In this document: positions 24,240 through 38,100 of the stretch, piece after piece | Numbering within the stretch: the first letter of the stretch is position 1 | Layout of the letters: every line of letters begins with the position of its first letter | Assembly: GCA_964019335.1 (NCBI GenBank) | Contig: OZ025724.1 | Location: 310,001-374,000 of the forward strand | DNA length: 64,000 bases | DNA from: Diplonema japonicum | Taxonomy: Eukaryota; Protista; Euglenozoa: Diplonemea | Reading direction: 5' to 3' | Translations under genes and position numbers: made by a program | Notes under the pieces: model-generated | What the model saw: the letters and a program-made list of their open reading frames with translations, nothing else | Databases searched by the model: none | Told to the model about the DNA's origin: nothing

Positions 24240-24670
24240 TTAATTAAAAAAAAAAAAAGAATTGCGCCCCAAGCCACCAGAGCAGGGCCACATAAAATAA
24301 AATGAAATGAAACACTTAAGTGAGACCTTAGAACAATCTACCTTAAGGGTTCATTTGCTTGTCCTCTGCTTCTCTCAAAGGAGGGGGGGTTTTTTTTTTA
24401 GTATCTCTTCCTTTTCTTATTATCTCTTCCTTCCAATATGCAATGAGAAGTCTATTCTTACTATTTTGAGCCTCAGAGAGGAAAAAAGTTTTTTTTAAAA
24501 AAATTAAAAGGTTCAAAACAAAGAAATTAGACTCGAGCACATGTATGAAAAAAAAACTCTTTTGCTTTGTTTGCTATTGATGCCCTTTCTTCTACATAAA
24601 GAGGGACACAGGGAACAAAACAAAAAACAAAAACAAAAAAAAAAAGAACACAGAACTTTTCAGACTCAAG

Positions 24671-24701
<31 letters not shown>

Positions 24702-25242
24702 ATAAATTTAACTGAACACCTATTCTATTTTTCTAGAGGAGCTTTAGGTGAAAAAAAGTTCTTTTTTTTTTTTTTTTTTTTTCTTTTGGAACTAAAGAGA
24801 GAATCAAAAAAAAAATGCACTGCAAGAGCACATTACGGGTAGCATCGGCTGAAAAGAAATCCAGGTGTTACCTAGTGCATCAGTGTTGCAAAGCAGTAAC
24901 AATACAAAAACAAAAAAAAAGAAGGAAAAAGAAGAGAGCAAAAAGAGAACGCAAAAAGAAATCACTTCAATCTACATCGTTTAATTTCTAGAAGTAAGGT
25001 GTTGTGGAATAAATCAAAGTTCAATCTTTAACGTCAGGGTGACACAATAAGTGGTGCTCAGTGCGACCACCACAGTCGGGGGGGGGGGGGGGGTAGAGTG
25101 AGTTTTTAATCTCGTGCCAAGGTGACAGAAAAAAAAAAAGAAGGGAAAAAAAGAAAATAAGAATTGTGACCTGGCTTTTTTTAAAGGGGAACTGCAGCAT
25201 GTTACAACCCATAGTAGGTAGCAAAGTATAACAAGAAATGTA

Positions 25243-25278
<36 letters not shown>

Positions 25279-25563
25279 GTGCTTGTTGATTGAGCTTTAG
25301 GCACTGGCAATCTAATAGCTATCACAAAAAAATAGAAAAAGGGGGGTGGGGAAAGGGGTGTTGTTGCCAAAGGAACAACATTTTTTGTCATCAATTTGAA
25401 ATAGATTTAAAAAAAAGAAAGAAGGAAAAAAAAAAAGAGGGAGCGGTGCAGCTCAAGCCCATCACGACAGAGACGGGCATTAATCTTACAGCTATTAAGG
25501 GAGGAGAGGGAAAGGAGGGTTTTAGTGTGTTTTTTTTTTTTTTTTTTTTTTTTTTTGAGAAAG

Positions 25564-26176
25564 ACTACAAACATGACAACCAAATGAAAATTTTACACCG
25601 TTCAAGCCAACCCGAATTTCATTTTCCACCAAGCACGGAAACCCAATTTCATTTTTCCACCAAAAATGATACCCTAATTTCGATTTCCACCAAACACGGA
25701 AACCCAATTTCAATTTTCCACCGTTCCCTGTAAACCATCAAAATTTTCCTTTAGGAAACCTAATTTCGAATTTCCACCAAACACGGAACCTTTCGCATTT
25801 TCGTTTTTTTGACTATTTGGCGAAATATAGAGCGCACTACAACAATAGGAATAAATTACTTTGGCCCTGCGTTCGTCAAACCCAAACAGGGCCACTGCCG
25901 TCCCCACAATTGTGGCGAAAACGGTGTCCTTGGCCAGGGGGTCAGTTAGAACGCCGTGCAACGTGGTTGTGAATAAGGAAGAAGGCGAAATAAATCAAAG
26001 AAGGCTGTGGTAAGTAGTGATAAAGGTTTGGAGTCAGTCAAGTAAAGGACAGTAGAAGGTGGAAAAACTTTTCGAGGATACCGTGGTGGTGGAAATTCGA
26101 GTTACCGTGGACAAAGGGCAAAAAACAGGTTACAGAGTTTTGTGGAAAATCCAAATTCACTTATCGTGTCTGTAGT
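25564..26176. mobile_element. Non-autonomous DNA element with subterminal ~29-30-bp repeats (CACTA/EnSpm-like)
   Basis: Imperfect TIR ACTACAAACATGACAA / TTATCGTGTCTGTAGT. Tandem AATTTCxxTTTCCACCAAACACGG-like units at ~25605-25790, with inverted GTGGAAA units near the right end. Confidence 0.55.
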
Positions 26177-26887
26177 TTTTCTCTTTTTTTTTTTTTTTTT
26201 TTATTGAAAAGGCACAGATGTTGAGTAGAGAAAAAAAAAAAGATTTTTTTTTCTGGTTTTGAATTTCTGTTTGAAGACAAATATCTTCTCAGAAAAAGAA
26301 AAAAAAAAAAAAAAAAAAGGAGAAATCTACCGTAGTAGTAGTTTCAAAGAATAAAGTTGCCCACCTTGGCCTGAAAAAAACGGATTTTCGCCACAACACA
26401 GATTATTATTTTTATGAGTCAAAAAAAAGATTCTTTTATTTTATTTTCAATGAAAAACGAAAAATGAAAGTAAGTTGAATGGTTCATCTTTAAAAGGAAA
26501 GTGCTTTTTTTTTTTTAAAAAAAAAAGCTAGAAGAAAAAAATGAACCTACTGTAAAAGAAGAAGGGGGGGGGGGGGGGAAGAATAGAGGAAAAGCGAAGA
26601 ATTATAAAAAGAAAATAATAAAAAAAATAAAAACGAAGAAGAAAAAAAAAAAAAAAAAACCCTCTCTGTTCTTCCTGAAAAAAATTTCTTTTTTTTTTTT
26701 TTGCTTCACAGATTATATTTTTTTTGTTAAAGAAAAGATGGGTTTTTTTTTTTTTTTTTTCCCCCTTTTTTTTTTTTTTTTTAAAAAAAAGTATGTAATT
26801 TTCTCCACTAATAGATAAAAACAAAAACAAAAAAAAAAAATCATAGAAAAGTTGACAGAACAAAAAAAAAAAAAAAAAAAGAAAAAC

Positions 26888-27475
26888 TCACCTTGCAAAT
26901 AGAACGGCCGCGGCAAGCCTCTTGCTTGCAGCAGAGGAAAGAGGGACCGAGTACAAGGCATCAAGTTGAACGTACTCCTCTTTGGAAATGAAAACATCCC
27001 AATCGAGGACAGAGAGGAAGTGCCGTTCCATCACGTTCAGGTTCGCAATAGCCACACCACCGTATTTCGCAACTAGCTTGTTGGAGAGGACTCTGTCTGA
27101 GGTACACTTCATGGCCACCATGAAGGCACACAAAACCACCCTGTGGACAGTGAGGGGGGTCATGAGGGTGGGCAGCCGTGCGTGAAGCCTTTTAATTAAT
27201 ATGAACGCACCCTTCCAGATTTCTGTGCTTTCCTTCAATCTCATAAACAAAGGGCTCAACATGTAATCATGCAGACTGATCCCCGGCGCCACATTGCATT
27301 CAAAGTTCGCCCCATCTTCAGTTTTCTTGAACCGCCTCCCTTCGTTTTTGGAGGCCATTCCCACAACGCTCTTCGCGATCATCTCCACCACTAGCAGTGC
27401 GTCCCTTGCGCCCCTGGCACTCTGCGAGGCAGAAGATGCCGAAGACACCGGCGACGAACAAGTTGAAGTAATACT

Positions 27476-27478
<3 letters not shown>
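26888..27478 (-). CDS. PHO80-like / U-type cyclin, paralogue 1 (196 aa)
   Basis: Start MSITST after an A-run. Motifs PGISLHDY, LTVHRVVLCAFMVAMKCTSD, NKLVAKYGGV..LNVMERHFLSVLDW. Confidence 0.92.
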
Positions 27479-27514
<36 letters not shown>

Positions 27515-27777
27515 ATGGAGAGTTGACAACAGTTGGAAAAAAAAAAAAAAATAGTTTTTTAAAAAAAAATAAGAGATTGAAGACAGAAAAACGGGGGGGG
27601 GGGGGGATTTAAAGAAAAAGAGGGGGGAAAAAAAAAACAAAGATAAAAAAAAAAGAGGGAAGGAAGAAAGAAAGGGAGATTTTATTACGTGGAGTGGGGG
27701 GGGGGGGGGAATAGGGGGTTTCTTTTATTTTCTTTTTGGTAAGACCATTATGGAAGAGGAAAAAAAAAGAAAAATTT

Positions 27778-28668
27778 GATAAATTTCGGTGTGCGGGTGG
27801 GTGCTCACCGTTCAGGGAGAAATACACACTAATCGGTCACCGTTCTGCGGTTGCTGTCTGGTGCCTGCGGTGGCTGTTTGTCGCGATGAGATGGACGGCA
27901 TCTGGGCGAGAAACATTGCTTGGAGTCGTGCTAGGTAGGGGGCGGTTTGGCTCGAGGAGAAGAGTGGTCTCCTGTCATAGCCGTGTGCCGTCGGGCCCCC
28001 GTACCCTTGTCTTTGCGTTGGCGGGGAAAGCATTCTTCCCACTCTTTGCTGTGCACTTCTGAATACGTCCTAAGATGTATCGCATCCTTCCAGCCTTCTC
28101 TGTGAGCCAGTCCTGGTCGTCGAGGGGTCCAGCCAAGGACTGTCGAGTGGCCTGCTCATAGTCTACTGCTAGCTCCATCGTCGTGACGGACGTCAACTTC
28201 CTGCCTGCGTACCATCTTAGGCTTTCAGCCACCTGAGGACGCTCTTTATGTAGAACATTAGGACCTTTCCCGACGCTCCGTTCGATTTCAACTGCTCCAC
28301 TGTGGGCAGCCCCCGTTGCGCCCCTTGGAATGATCCCGTGGAGGGCGGTCACTGCAGGTAGGTCACTTCGCGTCATCCCGCCATATCCCTCGTTTGTCAG
28401 GGCAGCTCTCGCTGGTGCACATTCCCATAGGGCGTGCTCCGTGACTTCTGTCGTCGTCTGGCATCGATGGTCGCAGGCGTCGCACGCAAGAGACGAGCTT
28501 TCCACACCCTCACGTTCATCCAATTGCTTCCCCCACACTCGAGGGTGTACCGTGAACACTGCACCGCTGATGATCCCGCCGCAGTCTGTACGATATCAGC
28601 GGTCTCCGTGACTGGAGCTTCCTCCACCAGGCGTTCGTGGACGGACATGCACACGCTTCCATTCCAGC
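27778..28668 (-). mobile_element. 5'-truncated, frameshifted non-LTR retrotransposon, family B
   Basis: Remnants TNAWWRKL..SYRLRR, CDAC...EHALWEC, LHGIIPRG, VTTMELAVDYE and AHGYDRRPLF are homologous to the C-terminus of ORF2 at 35106-39230. Confidence 0.9.
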
Positions 28669-28762
28669 AAGAAAAAAAAAAACAACAAAATGTAAAATCT
28701 TTTTCAATCCCCCCCCTGAAGAAATCTTTTGCCACGGCAGGGAAATAATCATGATTTAACTG

Positions 28763-28793
<31 letters not shown>

Positions 28794-28940
28794 GGTAATT
28801 TCATGGGGATAAAATTTGTTATTTTTTTTTTTATTCCCCCCCTTTTTTTTTTTCCGGGGAAAAATTGAGAGATTTTACAGTATGGTAATCAACAGAGAAT
28901 ACGAAAATAGGGTCTGTACCAATGGAAAAAAAAAGAGGGA

Positions 28941-28983
<43 letters not shown>

Positions 28984-29602
28984 CTTTTTTTTTTTTTTAA
29001 AAAAAAAGGAAATTATTTGAAAATAGGGATTTTCGCACGGAAAATAGGAAGGAAAACATAAAGATTTCTTTTATAGGAGGAATAAGCAAAAAAATAAGTA
29101 TAAGTATGATTAAACAACGAAAGGTGAAAGACAGCAACTTTCTTATGAAATGAGGTGGGGGGGGGGGGGGGTCAAAAGCCCGGAGAAAATTCCAATCTTC
29201 TCATCTTCTTCTTGTTGCAAATTTCTATGGCAACACATTCCAGTTTTGGGCTGGAAAGGTCACCGACTCTGTTTTTTTGCCAGCTCCACAGTCAACACCA
29301 TTAGCGCAAAAAAAATGAAATTTCCCCAGCAAGGCTAAATTGACCCCCGGGGGGACGGGGGTGGGGAATACCATATAAAAAAGAAACGGGAGAGGAAATA
29401 AATAAAAGAAGTTTGAATTGGATTTTTTTTTTCATTCTTTTTTTTTTTTTATATTATTTGACGTTGCAGGGGTTTTTTTTTTTTTTTGTTTGGTTTGTGT
29501 CTGGTGGGGGCCAAGAATAAAAAAAATAAATTTAAAAAAAAAAAAAAAAAAAAAGAATTTTTATTTTTGAAGCACACCAAAAGAAGTAAAAATTAAAAAA
29601 AA

Positions 29603-30579
29603 CTATTCTTTTAAGGTATGCGTTTTTGCGCTCACCGGCCGCGCTCGCGCATAGTCCCCGTTGTCCCCGTTCTGGGGGCTCTGGCGGGTTCCTACTGCGG
29701 TGGTCATGCTGCGGGGCAGCCTTGTCGGTGTCTGCGACAGGTACCTGTCCCGCAAGCCTTCGATGCTACTCATGGTTCGTTCCGGGAGTACTGGCCTCCT
29801 GTCATACCCGTGTGTGGTCGGTCCTCTGATACAGCGTAGGGAGTTGACGCGATCCACTCGCGTCGCTGGGAACGCTACCCCTCTGCCATCAGCGTGGTAC
29901 AGGTCCTGGACTCGTCTCAGCACATACCGTAGCCTCCTTGCCTTGACGCCCAGGTCCTCCACCTTGCCCACTTCCCCGCCGTCGTCCAGCGGCAGCTCCA
30001 TCTCCCTCTCGAAGTCGAGGGCCAGCTCTAACGTCGTCACCGCCGTGTGCCGACCAGGCGCGTCATCCCACAGCAGGCCTCCCAACCACCTCAGCACCGG
30101 CCTCAGCAGCTTGTCCATCACTGTTCCTGACGCCCCCAGCCTTCGTAGTTCAGACACCGTCGGCGTCGGGTGCGCCCTCCCCGTCACGACCGCCCGCCAC
30201 GGGTAAGCTTGTGTCTGCAGTGCGCGGTTCGCTTCCACCGCTGCATCCCTCCGCGTGACTACCTCCAGCAGGTACTTCTGCACCAGTAAGGCCCTTGGCT
30301 TGTCTTGGCAGCCTCTGGGCACCACCCCATGGAGCCTCGTCGCCTTCGGCATAGCTGCCGGGTCCAGGTTCGCGTACTCCATCTTGCTCCGCACCGCGAC
30401 ACCCGGCTCGCATCGCCAGAGGGCGTGCTCCAGCACCTCCGTGTAGCTGCCGAACCGTTCCTCACACACGTCGCAGAGGTGCTGCAGCGGGTTGTTCGGT
30501 TCCTGCGCCACGCCCCGCGCTCCCGGGTAGACCGCAAACACCGCTCCTGCAATCAGCCTCCTCAGTCGGTACGCCGCCA
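29603..30579 (-). mobile_element. 5'-truncated non-LTR retrotransposon, family A (open 3' part of ORF2)
   Basis: High protein identity to the last ~310 aa of ORF2 with many synonymous differences. Same 3' terminus as 35059. Confidence 0.95.
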
Positions 30580-31333
30580 CTGAAAAAAAATTTTAAAAAA
30601 AAAAAATTTAAAAAAATTAAAAAGAGCGTGATTATTGAAACTCATTAAGCAGCCGCCAACCTTTTTTTTTTTTTTTAAAAAAAGAAAAAAGAAGAAATTA
30701 AGTTGTGTTTTTCTTTTATTTTGCTCCCCTTTTCCATTCTATTACCCACCCCGATTAATTTTACAGTCTTCGATGGGAACTCACTCTTACTTGAGAACCA
30801 CCCAACTCTATTTGCAAATGAAAGTAAACTCGTACACCGGGGGGGGTCAACCCCCCAGGTAAAAAGAAGGAATAGGTTAATTTTCTTTTTTTTTTTTTTT
30901 TTTTTCTCCCCGTTTTTTTTTTTTCTTTATTTTGTTAAAATTATGCAGGCAGGTGAAAGGAAGAAGGGAAAAAAAAAAAAAAAAAAGATTTTTAATTGGA
31001 AGACAAACGGGGGTGGGGGTGGGGGTCTCGTCCAGCCGAACAGTTTTGAAGCGGACTTCTGACCCCTGGGAATTAAGGGGAGCCGTACATCACAAATTAA
31101 ATCATGGAGAAAGTGAAGTGCCTTGCTAGAGAGGCCAGCCGGCTTCAACCTTCTTTGGAAAAGAACAAAGAAGAATAAGTATATAACGCCTCTCAACTGA
31201 ATACAGCTACAGCCGTTTAAAGGATCGAGAGAGGAAAAAAAAAAAAAAAAAAATCCGATAATAAACTTGTATTCTTTTTGTGCCGAGTAACGAAAACGAC
31301 AGGTATTACTATAATTCCTCCCCGCTCCCTTTC

Positions 31334-31367
<34 letters not shown>

Positions 31368-31667
31368 GCCCTACGGGAAGGAGGTGCATACAATTAAATA
31401 CTTACCAATAAAGGGTAGGATGCGCACCAACTGACAAGGAGATAGGACGGCGGGAGGGGCGGGGGGGTAATTATTGTTGTTATTGAGTAAAGAAGAAAGA
31501 AAAAAAAAAGGAGAAATAAAAAAAAAAAAAAAAATAACGAGGAAGAATACGGAAGATTTTTTACACAAAAGAAGAAAAAAAAAAAAAAAAAATCTTAAAT
31601 CATTTTTTTTTTTTTTTTTTTTTTTTTAAATATTTGACCACCGATCGCCAACATACAGTGAGGGGGG

Positions 31668-31701
<34 letters not shown>

Positions 31702-32248
31702 CGGGCTGGCAAATGTCTTAAGCTTCTTTGCAGTGTTCAGGAAGGGTGTCAGGCCAGAAGTTTTTCTGTGGACATTTTGCCAGTCCGAGATCTTTCACTT
31801 TACAGTATCCCCCCCCCTCTCTTCTTTCTTCTTCTTCTTCTATTTCGCGATGTCACCACTTCAATCATTTAAAAGGAAAATTCGCTTTGACGATCAAGAG
31901 TAAAAAAAGGGGGGGGGGTAAAAAGAAATATCACCTGTAACCCTTCATTGGATCTACTCAACGCCTTAGAAGCCGATGGGGCAGTGCAAAGAGATATAAC
32001 TTCTTTTTTTTTTTTTTTTTTTTTTTTTTGCTTGTTTTCAACATACATAAAAAGGGGGAATTATTTTAACCCATTAAGCACGTGTGTGGGACCGTGAAAA
32101 GAAAGGGAGGGGGGGAAAAAAAATTTCCCCCCCCCCCTTTTTTTCAATTCAACATTTTTTGCGTCAGTGTGCTATGGGCTAAATAAACATTTAAAAATTT
32201 TTTTTCCATTTTTTTTTTTTTTTTTTGACGCGAGAGAAGAAAAAGCTA

Positions 32249-32326
32249 GTTCTGCGCCTCACTTTGTTTGTTCGCACGAGCGATATTTTACCTAATAAAA
32301 TAGCTCGTTTACGCTGCCATTAAATA

Positions 32327-32327
<1 letters not shown>
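32249..32327. repeat. Short palindromic repeat (mini-MITE-like, ~85 bp)
   Basis: Core GCACGAGCGxxATTTTACCTAATAAAATAGCTC with ACTAGT-type ends. Other full or partial copies at ~7500, 12726-12790, 42150-42230, 50272-50320 (reverse), 57286-57346 and 63644-63688. Confidence 0.7.
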
Positions 32328-32360
<33 letters not shown>

Positions 32361-32907
32361 AGTCTCGACAATAATTATTGTTAAAAAACAAAACACATAA
32401 ATAATGAAAAATAAAAAAAAGAAAAGAGAAAAAAAAAAACACTACTCTTAACACTGCATGTGTATATATGTTGACACGAGCAGTGCGTTGTACATTTTTT
32501 TTTTATTGCTAGCAATGTATAAAACCAGAACTGCCAACAATTGAACATTTCTTTTTAAAATAATTTAAAATAATTTTTTAAAAAAAAGGGGGGGGGTTGG
32601 GGGGGGGGGGGGGGGGGAACGAGGGAAATTATCAGAGTGAACGCCACCCCCTTTTATTTTTACTTTTACTTTATTTCTGAAGGGGTAAAATAACGCTATT
32701 TTTTTTTTTTCTTCTTCCTTTTTTTTTTTTTCCCCCCTTGAAGCTAGTTAGGTCAGTAACCAATGTTGACTTTCCCCACTGATTTAGGAGTTAAAAAAAA
32801 AACGTTATTTTCCCCCATTTTTTTTTTTTTTTTTTATCATCGACTTTCATCATGCAAACCCAGAAAAGAAAGTCGCTTTTTTATTTTATTATTTTATTAT
32901 TTTATTA

Positions 32908-33493
32908 TTTTATTTCACTCTTCGTCATTTTCTTCACTCACTAGGGGCCTCATTATTTAACGCGAAATGGCCATTTTTTAACGCGAAACGGCCATTATTT
33001 AACGCGAAATCGCCATTATTTAACTAGTTAAATAATGAGATTTTGCAGTTAAATAATGTCCCTTTAGAGTGAGATAATGGCCCTTCAGAGTGAAAAAATG
33101 GGTCTCGCCTCGTGGAAAAAAATGCACCCAACCCCTTGAAAAACTTTTTTGGGGTGGGGGTATTTTGACTATTTTTGGCCATCTAAGGCCATTCCAGCCC
33201 TTAAAAGTGGGAATAAGTGCTTTACTTCCCCTTTAAATGCCACGGCGAAATAGCTACCCTGTATTACCTTAGGAAAATCCCCAAAAAGCTGACCTGCGTG
33301 AAAAAAAACAGCAGTGAAAGCAGTGAAAAGTGAGTGACTCAAATGACGAAAAGTGAAATAAAACGACTTACTTGCCGCCAAATGAGCCATTATTTAACAC
33401 TCGTTACCGTTTTTTTGCACGAGGGCCCGCAGGGCCCTCGTGCAAAATATTCGGGAACTCGAGTTAAATAATGCGTTTGTTGGCAATAAATAG
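32908..33493 (+). mobile_element. Family H1, copy c
   Basis: Matches 2058-2576 with expanded CCATTATTTAACGCGAAA subrepeats and an intact hairpin tip GCACGAGGGCCCGCAGGGCCCTCGTGC. Confidence 0.85.
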
Positions 33494-34665
33494 CTAATTT
33501 TTTTTTTTTTTTTTTATTTCACTCGGTAAATAATGCGCCAATTCTTACGATATTTTTTGAAACTTTTTCCGTTTTCATGGTGCCTTGTTGGTTTTGGCAT
33601 TCTTCACTGGAGTTGAAGACGCACACACATATCATTGGCAGATATTTTGCGAAACCTGATTGTGATGCTGGGTAATCAATAATCTCGAAGGGGGGGGGGG
33701 GGGGGGGGGGAGCGAGAGAAATTACGCTATAGCCTCAACATGTATGGGCTGAATATATTTCTTTTTCTCCCATTATTATTATTTTTTTTCTTGCTTCTTT
33801 TGTCCTTCCCCACCTTGGTCGGGGCTGCCTTCAGGGGCTGCACAGTGCCAAGGGGAAGAGGGGAAGGAAAGAAAGGGGAGGGGGAAAAAAAAAATAAGAA
33901 GAAACAGAAGGGATGGGGGAAGAAAAAAAGGAAAAAAAAAGATGATATTATAAAAAGCAAAAAAAAAAAAAAAAAAAAAAAAATTACTCTGATCGAAAAA
34001 AAAGGTAGTTCCCTGGGGCAGTCCTCCTTGTCTAGTTGGCTAAACTTATTGGTCCAGATACTCATGGACATAAGAAGTGGCCTAACGAAGGGAGGGGAGA
34101 GGGAGGGACTTTGCCTGCTCTCCTACTGGGGGGTGCCAAGTGACTCTTTTCCCCCTTTAATGTATGCAAAAAACTTTTGAGAGAGGTGGAGGAAGAAAAA
34201 AAAAAATGATCCTTAATTATGTTTTGTGTCTCGAGTAAAGAACTCCTTAGGACAAGGAGGAAGAGGAAGAGGAAAAGGAGAAAGAGGGAAAGGGAGGGAA
34301 GGGGCGCTGCACTTTTCTATTTGTTTTTCTTGAAAAAGTACTTCAGCTGCCTGTTTTTTCAAAAAAAACTCAATGGTCCCAGACCCTGAGAGTGTTAGGT
34401 CTATCTATAGTCCATCTTACAGGCTCAAGGCCTGTCAGAACTTTTTATTTTTTTGATTATTTTCTGATTTATTTTCTAATTTTTATTTTTTAAAAAAAAG
34501 GCAAGAACAAAAAAAAGGGGGGGGCAGGTTAGCAGTAGCCGTGGGCAATTTTTCCTTTTTTTTTTTTTTTTTTTCAAATTTCACGGGGAAGGAGAAATTC
34601 AGTTCTCATGTACAGGTAAGAATAGCTCTGAAGTGAAATAAAAAAAATAAAATAAAATACAAGGA

Positions 34666-34696
<31 letters not shown>

Positions 34697-35105
34697 GAAC
34701 CGAGCACAACAAAAGAGGGAACGTGGTTAAAAATGGTCAGGTAAGAAACTCTTCCAGGTTTCTCTAACCTGCATTTCTCCGTCTTGTTCTTCCTTTTTTT
34801 TTCTTTTTTTTTTTTTTTCTTTTCTTTTTATTTACACACATGATATTTACTCACATCAAAAAAAAAAAAAGAGAGAGTTCGCGGGTTTGTGATGTGCAAA
34901 GTTTAAAGTTTAGCCGTGTGAGTTAAACACCTTGCAAATGCTGCCCAGACTTTCTCTTCTTAATCTTTTTCTTTTTTTTTTCCTTCTTTTTTTTGTTTTT
35001 GTTTTCGTTCCAGAGGGCCTTTTGTGATTAGAAAAAAAAAAAAGGAAAAAAAAAAAAACTATTCTTTTAAGGTATGCGTTTTTGCGCTCACCGGCCGCGC
35101 TGTTC

Positions 35106-38100
35106 TTAGTCCCCGTTGTCCCCGTTCTGGGGGCTCTGGCGGGTTCCTACTGCGGTGGTAAAACTGCGGGGCAGCCTTGTCGGGGTCTGCGACAGGTACG
35201 TGTCACGCAAGCCTTCGATGCTGCTCATGGTTCGCTCCGGGAGTACTGGCCTCCTGTCATACCCGTGTGTGGTCGGTCCTCCTATACAGCGCAGGGAGTT
35301 GACGCGATCCACTCGCGCTGCTGGGAACGCCGTCCTTCTGCCATCAGCGTGGTACAGGTCCTGGACACGTCTCAGCACATACCTCAGCCTCCTTGCCTTG
35401 ACGCCCAGGTCCTCCACCTTGCCCACTTCCCCGCCGTCGTCTAGCGGCAGCTCCGTCTCCCGCTCGAAGTCGAGGGCAAGCTCCAGCGTCGTAACCGTCG
35501 TGTGCCGTCCAGGGGCGTCATCCCACAGCAAGCCACTCAGCCACCTCAGCACCGGCCCCAGCAGCCTGTCCATCACCTTCCCCGATGCTCCCAGCCCACG
35601 TAATTCGGCCACCGTCGGCGTCGGGTGTGCCCTTCCCGTCACGACCACCCGCCACGGGTATGTCTGCGTCTGCAATGCGCGGTTCGCTTCCACCGCCGTA
35701 TCCCTCAGTGTGACCACCTCCAGCAGGTACCTTTGCACCAACAGGGCCCTCGGCTTGTCTTGGCATCCCCTGGGCACTATCCCGTGGAGCGTCGTCGCGT
35801 TCGGCATGGTCGCCGGGTCGAGACTCGCATACTCTGCCTTGCCCCGCACCGCATCTCCGAGTTCGCATCGCCAGAGGGCGTGCTCCAGCACCTCGGTGTA
35901 GCTGCCGTAACGCTCCCCACACACGTCACAGAGGTGCTGCAGCGGGTTGTCCGGCCCCTCCGCCACTCCCCGCACCGCAGGGTACACCGCAAACACCGCC
36001 CCAGCAATCAGCCTCCTCAACCTGTACGCCGCCATCGGGTTGTTCGCGAGCGCCCTCCACCACCCGTTCGTGACCGGGTCGGCCCCCTCTGGCATGCCGC
36101 TGTAGGAGGTCCTCCCTTCTGCTTGTTCCGCTGCTGTCATGGCCCGTGCCACTCGGCGGATCTCGTGTTTGCGTTCCCGCTCGGTCGTGGTACGCAGCCC
36201 TTCCACAAAACTCCAGCTCTTCCCGACCGCCGGCAGCCATCGTCTCACTAGGGTTCCCACTGGTCCCTGGGCCTCCACGTCGCTCTGCAGGTACAGGGCG
36301 GCACACCTTCCCATCCGGTCCCACAGCTCTGCATCCGACCTACCAACCTTCACCACCGTGCACAACAGTCGATAAAGCGTCACCACCAGCGGGTCCGTCG
36401 TGTGCCCCGGCAGCAAGATGTTCGCTACAGCACACGGTGAGCGCATCTTGAACTTCGGTCCCCAGAGGCATGTCGCTACTCTCGACCGGATTGTGCCTGC
36501 ATCCACTTTCGAGGGGGGGGCATACGCAACACCGTAGAGGCAAGAGGGGAGGATGGAGCTGGAGATGATCCTTGCCTTCTGTGAGAATCCCAACGGCATG
36601 GCAGCCAGCCTTCCGCACGCCCGCTCCATTCCCACAAGGGGCTTGGCCCTGTGCTCGCCGTCCATGCAAACCTTGATGCCCAGGGCGCTGATCTCCGTCT
36701 TGGCTGCAAGCACTTCCCGCCCACACTTCACCGACCCGGACCCTTCTGTGGAGAACATGTCCGTCTTCTTGAGGTTGAGACTCATCCCCGTTAGCAGAGA
36801 GAATTCACCTACCCCCGCTGCCGCCTTCTCCAGTGCGCTGAGCAGAGCTGCAATCAGGTACACGTCATCTGCGTACGACAGGGAATCTGCCCCGGGCACC
36901 TCCGCCATGATCGCCCTCACCATCACCCCCACCAGCGCGTTCACCATCACCACCGAGATCGGGCACCCCTGCAAGATGCCGTTCGATGTGGCGAACTCGT
37001 CACCCACCCCTGTCGGGTACTTGAACCTCCGCCTGAGGGACTCGTACATCGTCGTCAGCGGCCGCAGTATGTTCTGATGTAGCCCCAGGTCCCCCATCAG
37101 TCCAAGTGCCACCTCCCGCGGGATGCGGTCGAAGCACTTGACAAAGTCCAGTGCGAGACCGTGCATCGGTGTGCCCGACAGCAGGGCTTCCTCGAGTTGC
37201 GTCGTCAGCTCCAGCAGCAGCGTGTCCGTCCCTCTCCTCGACCTGAAACCGTGCTGTGACGTGTGCGCCCACGACTCCTGCCAGACCAAGATGCGCCTCA
37301 TCCTCGTCGTCGCCCACAGCCTGTACACAGCGCTGGTGACCGTGATCGGCCGATGGTTCAGCGGGGATCTGTCCTCACCCTTGGGTATCAGGGAGACGAG
37401 TGCCGTCAGTAGCGCCTCCGGCCATTCGCCGGTCTCCTCGATGATGTTGAAGAGCTGCGCCCACCTCTCCAGCAGCGCGTCAGGTATAGCCTTCAGCTCC
37501 GCGATCCTCCAGCCGTCCACACCCGGGGTTCCTCTCGCCGGCCTACTGTTCAGCACCTCCCTGAGGTCGCCACCCGTGATCGGTTCCAGTTCCATGGGGT
37601 GCCCGTCGACATACTTGCCATACCTCTCCTTGAAGGCAGCGTAGGAGGGCCGGTCGCTCTTGTTCGGGTACAGGTGGAAGACAGAGGCCCACGCCCCCCT
37701 CATCAGTGCGTCGATCTCCTCCAGATCTACCGTCAACCTACTGTCCTCTTTCGCAACTGCCAGTGTGTGGGCTTCCTTGTTCCCCTTGACGTACGCCACG
37801 ATACGCCGTCTGTCGTCACGGAAATCAGCCGCCACCCGCTTCCTGTATCTTGCCTCGTTCTCCAGACGCTGCTGCTTCACCGTTTCCATGTCACCCTGGT
37901 CCGCTGCAGCCTCCAGCTCCTGCAGTCCCACCAGCGCGGCTTCCAGGCTGGGTCCCCGTAGGAGATCTTCGTCCAGCACGACCCCGAGGCGCATCTTCCC
38001 GGCCAGCTTCACGATGTTCTTCCACGTCCCATGCAGCATCGCCGGCAGCGTTCCTGGTCCACCCCGCAGCAGCGCCTCGTTCAGCCCGATCCTGAGAGCC

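Noticed and set aside
25605-25790. CRISPR-like array
   Set aside because: The units are degenerate tandem ~29-30-bp repeats with no unique spacers and no cas genes, in a eukaryotic context. They fit transposon subterminal repeats better.
32070-32178. Additional piggyBac MITE (TTAA-CCCATTAAGCAC ... GTGCTATGGG-CTAA)
   Set aside because: The TIR and TSD are too degenerate to call with confidence.
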